Virus record (IMG/VR): IMGVR_UViG_2778261576_000005
Location: 1 to 37,529 of that record
Source of the DNA: a virus
Lineage: Duplodnaviria > Heunggongvirae > Uroviricota > Caudoviricetes
DNA length: 37,529 nt
Strand: one strand, 5' to 3'
Position numbers and translations under genes: made by a program. How positions within the stretch are numbered: the stretch's first letter is position 1; every line of letters begins with the position of its first letter. Positions 20,548 to 28,839 of this stretch are shown here, piece by piece. Under the pieces are notes generated by a model. That model was not told where the DNA came from and did no database searches. It saw only the letters and a program-made list of their open reading frames with translations.

Positions 20548-20901
20548 ATGTACTAATCTCCGATTTATCCAAATTTCACTGCCATAATGCCGACATTCTC
20601 TGCCATTATTGGCTCCGTTTATCCGTTAAAAGGGATATCAGTTAAGTTATCCCGTGTAGGGTATAAGCCATTGTCGAGACCACTCATTGAATGGCCTCTG
20701 CAATAACCGATGTCTTTCCATCAGTCCGCCACCACAAAGAATCTTTTTTGCCATAAGGCAGGAGGTTCATCTTTCAGTGTCTGCCAGTGTTATTTCCCCA
20801 CTTACTGGCTTGGGTCGTTTCGCTGTACTGCCGTAACTGGTTACCCAGAATAAATCACGGTTTCATTATCAAGCCAACCCGTAGATAGGCTTTGTAATGA
20901 C

Positions 20902-21090
20902 TTACCCCAGCTTTGCTCGCACCAGTGCATCTTTAGCTTCGAGCAGCTTGCGGAGACCTGCTGACTTTTCAGCACTGTCAGGCAGTGATTCATCCATCAG
21001 TGTCGCAAGGTCACCGATTGGCTTACTTACTTCCTGCAGATGCGCGGGGAGGTGTTGATAAGCGAAATACTTCATGATTGGAGATGACAT
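20902..21090 (-). CDS. Small hypothetical protein after the lysis cassette
   Basis: 62 aa; GAGG SD; follows an intrinsic terminator. Confidence 0.45.
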   Translation of the reverse strand: MSSPIMKYFAYQHLPAHLQEVSKPIGDLATLMDESLPDSAEKSAGLRKLLEAKDALVRAKLG

Positions 21091-21104
21091 TATTTACCCT
21101 CGGT

Positions 21105-21132
21105 TAGTAAAAAGCCTCGCTATTACGAGGCT
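21105..21132 (-). terminator. Intrinsic terminator downstream of Rz
   Basis: Minus-strand hairpin AGCCTCG-loop-CGAGGCT followed by TTTTT. Confidence 0.6.
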
Positions 21133-21140
21133 ATGATTGT

Positions 21141-21602
21141 TCATTTCAGGCATTGCGTCCTGATGTACTCCTGCAGGTAGTTAACCTGCGCGGTTATCCT
21201 GTCGATTCCACTTCGGAGACGGTAATAATTGAGTTCAGCATCTGCTGTAAGTCCTGGACTTTCTCCATCGCCCATGCCGCTGGCTCCGGTCGTTGACTTT
21301 GCACAGGTGGCGGCGACTTGCAGGCGCTTACGACCAGCAGAAACATCAGCACGGAGACTTTCGATAGTCGCGTTAGCATCAGCAAGCTCCTTTGTATATC
21401 TGGCATCGAGTTCTGCTACGTCACGTTGACGCTTCTGCATATCAGAGATCGTCGCCATAGCCGAATCTAATGCCATAGCGTTTTCGTCGCGCTGTTTTTT
21501 GTATTCAATGGCTTTATTGTGATAATGATTAGCTGACCAGACAAGACCACCAGCAATACAAGCAATAAACGTTAAAATGAGCGCCCAATAACTCATCTTC
21601 AT
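21141..21602 (-). CDS. Rz-like i-spanin
   Basis: 153 aa; N-terminal TM then coiled-coil; follows endolysin; contains embedded lipoprotein ORF. Confidence 0.7.
   Translation of the reverse strand: MKMSYWALILTFIACIAGGLVWSANHYHNKAIEYKKQRDENAMALDSAMATISDMQKRQRDVAELDARYTKELADANATIESLRADVSAGRKRLQVAATCAKSTTGASGMGDGESPGLTADAELNYYRLRSGIDRITAQVNYLQEYIRTQCLK
21194..21406 (-). CDS. Rz1-like o-spanin lipoprotein embedded in Rz (+1 frame); true start probably internal
   Basis: Lipobox LVVSAC followed by Pro-rich segment KSPPPVQSQRPEP. Confidence 0.55.
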   Translation of the reverse strand: MPDIQRSLLMLTRLSKVSVLMFLLVVSACKSPPPVQSQRPEPAAWAMEKVQDLQQMLNSIITVSEVESTG

Positions 21603-22213
21603 ACCAGCAGCGCCGCCCGCGCCTTGTTGTATCGGACCTTACGATCCTCAATACCGTTCAGACCGCCGTTAATGATGCGCGTAACACGGTTAATATCGGC
21701 ACCGTAGATCATGCAACCTTTAGAGGTGTAGAACCATGCAGCTGAGCGCGCAGCCTGTAGTTCCTGTTCCAGTTGTTCAGGTGAAGTCACCAGATCTAAC
21801 TTCAGCGCCGCGCCACAGATGCGATAATTATGGAGGCCAGTGATTTGAATTAATCCTCTACCACGATATTTCCAGCCATCACCTAGTGCTTTGTTACCCA
21901 GTCGGTTGCTATACACCAGATTGGCAATAGCATCCTGACGAGCTGCATGTCCGGATGTTCTGCCAAGGGCATCAGCCTGCTGCTGTGTGATCCTCTTTCC
22001 GAACGTCGCCACAAGCGCAGATGGTGTGTAGTTAAGATTTTCAACTACGGCGCTAAACCCCATCGACTCATGGCCTGCCTGAGCGATAAACATTGCCTGA
22101 TCCGCTGGTGCTGTAATGCCGAATTCCTTCATCGCCGCATCAATGTGCGGAAACCAGCGCGCAGCCAGCCCGGCGCTAATACCAGCCGCCTTTTGAAATA
22201 ATTGTTGGTTCAT
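21599..22213 (-). CDS. Endolysin, glycoside hydrolase family 19-like
   Basis: 204 aa; position between holins and Rz; family assigned from recalled similarity. Confidence 0.75.
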   Translation of the reverse strand: MNQQLFQKAAGISAGLAARWFPHIDAAMKEFGITAPADQAMFIAQAGHESMGFSAVVENLNYTPSALVATFGKRITQQQADALGRTSGHAARQDAIANLVYSNRLGNKALGDGWKYRGRGLIQITGLHNYRICGAALKLDLVTSPEQLEQELQAARSAAWFYTSKGCMIYGADINRVTRIINGGLNGIEDRKVRYNKARAALLV

Positions 22214-22494
22214 TAGTGCCTCAGATGATCAACCAGACGTGCAACGTTGCCTCTGACGGCCACCAGCACGGAAAGAAAAATAGTATTCGCCACGATAATG
22301 GGCCATGAGGAATGGGGATAAATCCCACAGAGATAGGCCAATGGAACAGCACTGTATGTAACAGTAATCAGCCAGGCTAAACGTGAAACCCAAGGACGAT
22401 GCCGCGAATCACCACGACGATAAAACATCAGAGTAATAACAACACAAGCACATAACAGCGCATTTATAGTTGCTGTCGGGTCATTTAGCTCCAC
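22213..22494 (-). CDS. Holin / lysis membrane protein
   Basis: 93 aa with 2-3 hydrophobic helices directly upstream of endolysin. Confidence 0.55.
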   Translation of the reverse strand: MELNDPTATINALLCACVVITLMFYRRGDSRHRPWVSRLAWLITVTYSAVPLAYLCGIYPHSSWPIIVANTIFLSVLVAVRGNVARLVDHLRH

Positions 22495-22867
22495 CTGAAC
22501 CTCCCCGGCGCGTTATGAGCGCCACCAGCGAGCCGATATCCTGATTATTCAGGAACGTCAGGATTTTAACGGCTAAAGCAGAGACGATTACGGCACCAAT
22601 AGCATCCAGAGGTTTATCACTGTATCCGGTCAAGTTCGCCAGCTTGGAGCCAACCAACCCAGAGCAAAGGATCCCGGCAATATATGACACGATAAAATAT
22701 GCCAGTCGGCGCGATGCTCTCAGATCTGCTGCTGTTGCTATGTAGAATACAGCCCCTGCAAATGCGCCAAATACAACGCCGTAATCAGTTCCGGTCAGCA
22801 GTCCATAAACACTGGCACCCGTCAGGGCACCACCAGCCAGCCCAGTACCGGAAATCGGATCGGACAT
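22481..22867 (-). CDS. Holin-like membrane protein
   Basis: 128 aa, Gly/Ala-rich with 3-4 predicted TM helices; GAGGGGG SD. Confidence 0.55.
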   Translation of the reverse strand: MSDPISGTGLAGGALTGASVYGLLTGTDYGVVFGAFAGAVFYIATAADLRASRRLAYFIVSYIAGILCSGLVGSKLANLTGYSDKPLDAIGAVIVSALAVKILTFLNNQDIGSLVALITRRGGSGGAK

Positions 22868-22946
22868 TTAGCCCCCTCTTAATTGCTGTTGGTCCTCTCA
22901 GATATGAGGGGAAGGGATCTTAATGACAGTCTGTTTATTATTTCAG

Positions 22947-23204
22947 TCAAACACTACCCTGTTGATGATTTCTCAGAAGCGAACTTGACTCCCAAGGGAA
23001 ACTCAACTTTCCGTTAAAACCACCAGCAGACATTCGTTCAATTTCCACAGAAATATCACTGAGCCGTTCTTCAAGCTCTGCTTTTTCTTTTACCAGACGG
23101 TTATAGCGGCTTAGATGAAGCTTTTGCTGCTCCAGCCAGTCTTCAAGCTGTTCAACAGTCATACCAGGGTTAAAAAAATATGGCTGCTGCTTTTCGCCCT
23201 GCAT
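22947..23204 (-). CDS. First late-operon gene, hypothetical (85 aa from ATG 23204)
   Basis: GGAGG SD 6 nt upstream of ATG at 23204; the longer track ORF would run through tR'. Confidence 0.45.
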   Translation of the reverse strand: MQGEKQQPYFFNPGMTVEQLEDWLEQQKLHLSRYNRLVKEKAELEERLSDISVEIERMSAGGFNGKLSFPWESSSLLRNHQQGSV

Positions 23205-23223
23205 TATTGACCTCCAGAAAAGC

Positions 23224-23247
23224 AAAAACCCCGCCGAAGCGAGGTTT
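23224..23247 (-). terminator. tR'-like intrinsic terminator in late leader
   Basis: Minus-strand CCTCGC-TTCG-GCGGGG hairpin followed by TTTTT, about 45 nt downstream of the PR' -10. Confidence 0.65.
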
Positions 23248-23294
23248 GTTATGATTTCGTTAACGGCAGACATACAAAGCCCATCGTTAGGAGA

Positions 23295-23323
23295 ATCCTA
23301 ACCATATTTTTTGAAAAATGCAA
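23295..23323 (-). promoter_or_regulatory. PR' late promoter (TTGCAT-17-TAGGAT), qut expected here
   Basis: Hexamers with 17-bp spacer about 30 bp downstream of the Q stop. Confidence 0.55.
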
Positions 23324-23354
23324 GCATCATGTCGCCATCTTCGGCGAAAATCAT

Positions 23355-24107
23355 TTATCTTGTCACTTTTCTCAATTGTGTCTCTGCATATGCTTCTTCC
23401 TGCCAGCACTTTGTAACCAGTTTATCAATGACATCTGCATATCCTTTGTACCACTGATAATCCGTCAGATCCGGTACCAGCTTCTGGACATGATGCCGCG
23501 CCAGTGTGGTTGGTAAACGGCTAAACCGGTTTCCATTGCAACGCCCACAAATCTTATAAACAGGCGCACCATGAAGCCGGGTTCTTTTTTCATCCAGTAC
23601 AATACCTTTCCCCTTGCACCCTCTGCACGCTGTGCTGACTTCTCCCTTACCATGACAATGCTGACATAGTTCCTTCACCCACTCTTCCTTGATAACAGAT
23701 TCCCCGCTTCTGGAGTGTTTCACCACTTCGCGCAATACATTATGAAATCCAGTACCAGCACAATGCTCACAGCGAGCCTTACTTGCCGCAGACCTGGAAT
23801 AATCAGCAAAGGCAAAATTCACAAGGTAAGGGATGATCTGTAACCGGGTTTCTTCACTCAATTTGTTCAATGTCGGGTTATCCAGTGCCATCGCGTAATT
23901 GAGCAGACCTTCAATCGCAAACTGAGGATCCTGAACACCAACTTTTGCCAGGAATAAGGCAAACCCAAGCGGTGCTTTCGACTGCACCATCCCCTGCGCA
24001 GCCATTACATCCGTAATTGTTAAACCACCAGAGCCTGTCGCCGGTGCGTCATCGCTCAATTTTGGAGATTTTGGGGAGTAATATTTTGGTAAGGCTTCAA
24101 GGTTCAT
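23355..24107 (-). CDS. Late antiterminator Q-like protein (QuuQ-type, 250 aa)
   Basis: Directly upstream of PR'/tR'/lysis genes; four CxxCxGxG-type motifs; DUF968 gene adjacent as in Qin prophage. Confidence 0.65.
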   Translation of the reverse strand: MNLEALPKYYSPKSPKLSDDAPATGSGGLTITDVMAAQGMVQSKAPLGFALFLAKVGVQDPQFAIEGLLNYAMALDNPTLNKLSEETRLQIIPYLVNFAFADYSRSAASKARCEHCAGTGFHNVLREVVKHSRSGESVIKEEWVKELCQHCHGKGEVSTACRGCKGKGIVLDEKRTRLHGAPVYKICGRCNGNRFSRLPTTLARHHVQKLVPDLTDYQWYKGYADVIDKLVTKCWQEEAYAETQLRKVTR

Positions 24108-24120
24108 GCTCGTTCTCCAC

Positions 24121-25116
24121 TTACGCCAGTACGCCTATTGCCAGCGCACAATCGATAAAACGAAATATCAGCTCCAGCTGGGAGCCATACTTCTCTTCAA
24201 ATGCCACGGTATCCGCATGCAGCTCGTCGTGATGCTTTCTGCACAAAGGCAACACAAAGAGGTCATGCGCTTTTGTACCCATTCCCCCCTGACCGTGGCC
24301 TATCAGGTGGTGGGGATCATCAGCAGGCTTTCCACAACATGCACACGGCTGTGTCTTAACCCAGCGTGTGTACTTTTCATTAACCCAGCGGCGACGTTTT
24401 GGGCGTAACATAAAAGACTCCGGCGACTCCGGATCCACTTTCAGCGCCAGCACCTTTTTCGCTTTATCCTGGATGATGCTGGTGGCAGGAACCGAAGGCA
24501 CAAGGTCACTTTCCCGGGTGACAGACGGCACAACAGGCTTCGGTAATCTCAGTGCCTTACGGGCTGCACTTTCCGGTAAGGCATCCGCCAGGTCATTACG
24601 AATCAGCCACCAGCACAGTTCCGGCATTGTCACAACGTGACTGTCATCAAAACCGAGATCCCGACGCACAACAGACAACACCCAGCGGGCACAGTTATCC
24701 GTTGCCATTGATTCCAGCCGTTCCGTGAACTGATCGCGCAGCTGGTTATCGCAGTGCCAGCACAGACGGATTGCGCCCGGAGCGTGTCGCATTGTTGTCA
24801 TGTTCTCGCTGTGCCAGTCGGAATGAGGCCACTGGCAGCCTTTTTCACGAAGTAACCAGCTTTCAAGACATTCCACGCCACCAGCACGACGGATCACTGC
24901 CTCATTGCGGAACACGGCCCGAACGGCAGGATCATCCGCCAGCGGTTGTGATGCCGCCGGAACGGCACCACTGGCGAAAGATGAATAACGCTCCGGCTCA
25001 GGCTCCAGCAGGACACGCCCCTGCATAAACAGGGGCATCAGCTCTGAACCTGGCCTGAACAATACGATCCCCATACGCGGGGCAATTTCAGGGGTCAGTA
25101 GTGCTCTCACGGTCAC
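24121..25116 (-). CDS. DUF968-like protein with C-terminal HNH-like Cys/His cluster
   Basis: 331 aa; CACCGKPADDPHHL...CRKHHDELH. Confidence 0.6.
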   Translation of the reverse strand: MTVRALLTPEIAPRMGIVLFRPGSELMPLFMQGRVLLEPEPERYSSFASGAVPAASQPLADDPAVRAVFRNEAVIRRAGGVECLESWLLREKGCQWPHSDWHSENMTTMRHAPGAIRLCWHCDNQLRDQFTERLESMATDNCARWVLSVVRRDLGFDDSHVVTMPELCWWLIRNDLADALPESAARKALRLPKPVVPSVTRESDLVPSVPATSIIQDKAKKVLALKVDPESPESFMLRPKRRRWVNEKYTRWVKTQPCACCGKPADDPHHLIGHGQGGMGTKAHDLFVLPLCRKHHDELHADTVAFEEKYGSQLELIFRFIDCALAIGVLA

Positions 25117-25117
25117 C

Positions 25118-25927
25118 TCAATGAACGGTATCGAGCAGCTTTAACAGCTCAGGGAATCGGGATTCGAAGAAATGCGGCTGCGTCTCGCGCGGATTTGCGG
25201 GACTGGTGATGTTCTTGCCGAACATGCAACCTTTCGCTGTCAGCGACCAGAATTTTTTGATGTTGTTAATCGCGGTACGGCTGTATCGTTCGCGCTGCTC
25301 GACGATCCCCAGCTTCACCATCTGGTGATATGCCTGATTAGCTGTCAGGCGGATACCATACTGTTTCAGCAGTGCACTCAGTGACAGTGTCGGGCGACTT
25401 GAGCCATCGTGTGCATCAGCAGGAGCATCAATGGCATAGCGCGGTGCCAGATTCGGTAAGCCAACAGCCTCCTGGAGTTTCTGACAGGCACCAAGCACAG
25501 ATGAGTTAGACAGGTTTAACTCCCGACGCATAAAGTCCAGCAGAATCACACCAGCCTGCATCTTGTCAGCAGCCTGTCCGGATAATTTTTCCGGTGCGCT
25601 GGTTACCATATCGAAAGTACGGATCACCTTCAGATGGAATGACGGGCTGATCCACATTGCATAGGCATACACCAGTTCCTTGCAGACATACGTTCCCCGT
25701 TCATTTCCCCCATGAATCACACTCACCGGGTCAACACCCAAATTCTGGGTGTTGGTCAATTCATGAACAAGCTCAACAGTTTGTTGGCTGGAAAGAAACT
25801 TTCCCGGCTCCTTGGTTCTGGCATTTGCACCAGATGCTACTGCTGCGCGATGCAGATCGTTCAGGCTGTAACGCCCATAAGCATCACGACGAACTTCAAT
25901 ACCATCAATGACCATCAGATTATTCAT
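25118..25927 (-). CDS. KilA-N domain protein
   Basis: 269 aa; N-terminal MVIDGIEVRRDAYGRYSLNDLH-type KilA-N region. Confidence 0.6.
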   Translation of the reverse strand: MNNLMVIDGIEVRRDAYGRYSLNDLHRAAVASGANARTKEPGKFLSSQQTVELVHELTNTQNLGVDPVSVIHGGNERGTYVCKELVYAYAMWISPSFHLKVIRTFDMVTSAPEKLSGQAADKMQAGVILLDFMRRELNLSNSSVLGACQKLQEAVGLPNLAPRYAIDAPADAHDGSSRPTLSLSALLKQYGIRLTANQAYHQMVKLGIVEQRERYSRTAINNIKKFWSLTAKGCMFGKNITSPANPRETQPHFFESRFPELLKLLDTVH

Positions 25928-25946
25928 ACTTCGTTTCTCCTCTTAA

Positions 25947-26336
25947 TCAGGCGGCTGCACCCGCCGTTTTCTCGTACTTACTGATAGTGATCTCGACCTT
26001 CCCTTCCGGGATAACCGGTCCCCACTCCACCAGCATTCTTTTCACCTGACTGTCGTTCTCCCACACACCCGCGTGGGTCAGGGCGTCAAACAGCGCCTTG
26101 TTATAGTTGTCCAGATCGCGGATCCGGTTATCCGGAGGAAACAACACGATCTCCACTGAAGCAGGTGCCGACGTTGGTTTTGGCAGACGACGTAACTGCT
26201 CAACTATTGCTGCACACGCCGCGCTCTGGAATTTTCGCCCCGCCGCGCTTATCAGGCTCTTACCTGCAAACGCCCCTTTGTTGGGGTGTCGCCAGTACGT
26301 GTTCACGCTGGGCGGAAAAGGCAGTATTAGCTTCAT
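25947..26336 (-). CDS. rusA: RusA Holliday junction resolvase
   Basis: 129 aa; PPSVNTYWRH, RDLDN and FDALT motifs. Confidence 0.85.
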   Translation of the reverse strand: MKLILPFPPSVNTYWRHPNKGAFAGKSLISAAGRKFQSAACAAIVEQLRRLPKPTSAPASVEIVLFPPDNRIRDLDNYNKALFDALTHAGVWENDSQVKRMLVEWGPVIPEGKVEITISKYEKTAGAAA

Positions 26337-26659
26337 ACTTTCAGGCCCCTCTCATGTAACCAGTGGGTTGCACGCAGCCTTGCGTTTTCCTCACCGGCAA
26401 GCAGTGCGCGGATAATCCCGACCGCCTCGCTGTCGTCGTCCTTCACCGCGGTATGAAGCGTTATCCCCCGGGCCACGCCACGCTTTATCGTGATGACGCC
26501 TTTTTTCTCCAGTGCGCGAAGATGCTCCACTGCTGCATTCACTGAACGATATCCCAGCATGGTTGCCACCTCCTGATTGGTTGGCGGGAAGCCACGTTCT
26601 TTCTGGTAAGAAATCAGCATATCCAGCACCTGCTGCTGGCATTGAGTTAACGTCGTCAT
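26333..26659 (-). CDS. LexA N-terminal DNA-binding domain protein lacking the S24 peptidase domain
   Basis: 108 aa; QQQVLDML...GFPPTNQEVATMLGYRSVNAAVEHLRALEKKGVI closely parallels the LexA winged HTH; no Ser-Lys dyad region. Confidence 0.65.
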   Translation of the reverse strand: MTTLTQCQQQVLDMLISYQKERGFPPTNQEVATMLGYRSVNAAVEHLRALEKKGVITIKRGVARGITLHTAVKDDDSEAVGIIRALLAGEENARLRATHWLHERGLKV

Positions 26660-27309
26660 GCCGCCATCTCCCTGACCAGTTTTTCTGCCTGCTGGCGAAC
26701 CTGCGCCAGAAAGGCCTCACCACATGCCTCAAGTTCATCGCGCCCGATGTAGCTGATTGCCGGTCCCTTCCAGGTCTTGTCGAAAACAGCAATAGCACCA
26801 GCGAAGAAAGCGCCTGTCGGCACCTGCTTCTCATCCTTCGGGATAAACCAGGCAGGCAGTTCAAAACCAATACGCCCGCGAATAAAAGCAATATGATCTG
26901 CATCTTCCGGCCACCACACTTCGCTGGTGGCAGCTTTGATCAGGAAAACATAGCGCCCGCCTTTATCACGCATGGCACTGGCATGCTTCATGATGTAACG
27001 CATGCCGGTGATGTATTGCCCCTCATGCTGACTGGCGCGGCTGTATGGGGGATTACCAAAGGCAGCACCTTTAAGCTCCGCAAGGCGTTCTGACCAGTCA
27101 TGCGCCAGCGCGTTGTCTTCCGCCGTGTAATACGCAGCACATTTGGCGTTATCACCGTCAGTGAACAGATCCAGAACAAACGGGCCAAACAGGGTGTTAA
27201 TTCCCCAGAAAATGTTGTCCGGCGTGCGCCACTGATCGCCCACTTCCTTCAGTTCATGGGCTGGTTTGTTCCGCAGTTCCGCCAGCGCCTGGCAATATTT
27301 ATTACTCAT
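26656..27309 (-). CDS. Phage N6-adenine DNA methyltransferase (Dam-like)
   Basis: NPPY catalytic motif; TAATG stop-start overlap with upstream gene. Confidence 0.8.
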   Translation of the reverse strand: MSNKYCQALAELRNKPAHELKEVGDQWRTPDNIFWGINTLFGPFVLDLFTDGDNAKCAAYYTAEDNALAHDWSERLAELKGAAFGNPPYSRASQHEGQYITGMRYIMKHASAMRDKGGRYVFLIKAATSEVWWPEDADHIAFIRGRIGFELPAWFIPKDEKQVPTGAFFAGAIAVFDKTWKGPAISYIGRDELEACGEAFLAQVRQQAEKLVREMAA

Positions 27310-27803
27310 TAAGCCCCCACGTAATTCCCTGAGAGATACCACTCTTCACCTGATGCAGCCCGCTTACTGCTTTTCCGTAAACACCGTTCACGACGCGCCA
27401 GAAAATTGTTTCGTTCTGGCTGGGAGTGGCTTTCACGGAATGCCGCCATCCACACCGTTGCAGCACGACGGTATAAGCCCCTCGACTCCAGTTCTTCAGC
27501 CTGGCGGGTCAGGCACAAAATCACCCGGGGGTCGTTAGTGCCGACATAGAACTTGCGCACAGGTCTGGTTTCACGAACTGGTTGTGGTTCCGGCTCCTGC
27601 GCTCTCTCAGTCAGGCGCGAGAAATGTCTGCGTGTATCTCCTTCACAACGGTGAGCCACACGCCCACTCTGACGTAACTTGCTTGCTGACTGCAGAACGC
27701 GCTGCCGTGAGTAACCTGCAAAAGCATCCGCAATGTCTCCGGAAGTACACCCCGGATGGGCTTCAATGAATTTCTGAACTTCATTCAAAAGACTCATGAT
27801 CAC
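27309..27803 (-). CDS. PerC/ANR-like regulator domain protein
   Basis: 164 aa; C-terminal GLYRRAATVWMAAF...RRERC resembles PerC family. Confidence 0.45.
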   Translation of the reverse strand: MIMSLLNEVQKFIEAHPGCTSGDIADAFAGYSRQRVLQSASKLRQSGRVAHRCEGDTRRHFSRLTERAQEPEPQPVRETRPVRKFYVGTNDPRVILCLTRQAEELESRGLYRRAATVWMAAFRESHSQPERNNFLARRERCLRKSSKRAASGEEWYLSGNYVGA

Positions 27804-28618
27804 CCCCTGAATCCTGCCGGGATCTGGCTGTAGTCCACGTTGTCGTAACTGGCTTTGAAGTACGGGTCCTCGCGTCTGGCTGCAGATACCGCAGGAACTT
27901 CCCAGAATTCTTCGAAATGACGATCCGGACCAAAGAACGTGACAGCCTGTTTCACAAATTGTGTGCCGCTGTTACCCATCGCAGATACCCATCCCGCGTA
28001 GCGTTTCACACCTTCCAGCATGGTTTCGGGGTTTACTCCCTCATTCAAACGGGCTTTCCAGGCTTTGAAGGCTGCAGATTTTGAATTGCCACCAGCACGT
28101 TTGGGATATACCAGCCATGCCTGCTCAAACTCCGGAGAGTATTCCGGTCGGTTTGAACGAACTCGCACGGACTCATCAACTGATGCACCAACAGCTATTG
28201 GTTCATTGACTGGTTCTTTGACTGGTTCAAAAGAGTGACTGGTTCTGGGTGAATCTCCTGCACTACCCCCTGGTGCAACTCCTGCACTACCTGGTGAATT
28301 TGCTGCACCAGATAGTGAATTATTTGCACTACCCCCTAGTGAATCTCCTGCACCATCCAGATGAAGGAGATAGATATTACTTGAGTTACCTTTTTCACCT
28401 TTCCGGGTGACTTTTTTTACCAGCCCGGACTCACAAAGGGCCGCAATATGATTCATCACAGAACGTTTGCTAATCTCGCACTGGTCAGCAATATGCTGAT
28501 AGCTGGGCCAGCACTCACCCTGATCGCTGGCATTATCAGCCAGCTTGATCAGAACCAGTTTTCGCAATGGATTACCCACTCGAATTTTCATCGCTTTAAC
28601 CATCAGCTCCATACTCAT
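27800..28618 (-). CDS. Replication initiation protein (O-like; winged-helix N-terminus, internal iterons)
   Basis: ATG at 28618 with GGAGG SD; N-terminal HTH; low-complexity Gly/Ser/Ala linker encoded by the iterons. Confidence 0.65.
   Translation of the reverse strand: MSMELMVKAMKIRVGNPLRKLVLIKLADNASDQGECWPSYQHIADQCEISKRSVMNHIAALCESGLVKKVTRKGEKGNSSNIYLLHLDGAGDSLGGSANNSLSGAANSPGSAGVAPGGSAGDSPRTSHSFEPVKEPVNEPIAVGASVDESVRVRSNRPEYSPEFEQAWLVYPKRAGGNSKSAAFKAWKARLNEGVNPETMLEGVKRYAGWVSAMGNSGTQFVKQAVTFFGPDRHFEEFWEVPAVSAARREDPYFKASYDNVDYSQIPAGFRG
28245..28357. repeat. Five direct iteron-like repeats (core GGTGAATnTnCTGCAC), candidate replication origin
   Basis: Copies start near 28245, 28268, 28291, 28312, 28335; preceded by three GACTGGTTC repeats; AT-rich stretch at 28358-28410. 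Confidence 0.6.
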
Positions 28619-28839
28619 GCTGCACCTCCGAGATGCTTCATGTTTTTTCCGGAGCAAAAGGCTATAAGCGGCATACTGACGCGGTAATTACGGCCCAGCG
28701 GTTCACAAACCACCTTCTGACATTCACGGTCAACCAGGCTAACACGTAGAACATGCCCTGCAGGCGTGGTGTACCACTGACCGGGGCGAGGACAACGGAA
28801 AGTCTGATTGGTAAATCGTTTGAAAATATTCCGGATCAT
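28615..28839 (-). CDS. Small Cys-containing basic protein, translationally coupled between Rha and replication gene
   Basis: 74 aa; ATGA overlaps at both ends; four Cys residues. Confidence 0.45.
   Translation of the reverse strand: MIRNIFKRFTNQTFRCPRPGQWYTTPAGHVLRVSLVDRECQKVVCEPLGRNYRVSMPLIAFCSGKNMKHLGGAA

Noticed and set aside
20363-20572. 69-aa minus-strand ORF overlapping the HNH gene start
   Set aside because: It is an alternative frame over the well-supported HNH gene and extends into non-coding DNA without an SD.
22947-23273. The full 108-aa version of the first late ORF
   Set aside because: Its first 23 codons span the tR' hairpin and T-run; the internal ATG at 23204 has a GGAGG SD and is the more credible start.
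28200-28360. Tandem direct repeats that could be mistaken for a CRISPR array
   Set aside because: Repeats are degenerate, about 22 bp with no unique spacers, lie inside a coding region and are in frame as a low-complexity linker; they fit iterons, not CRISPR.
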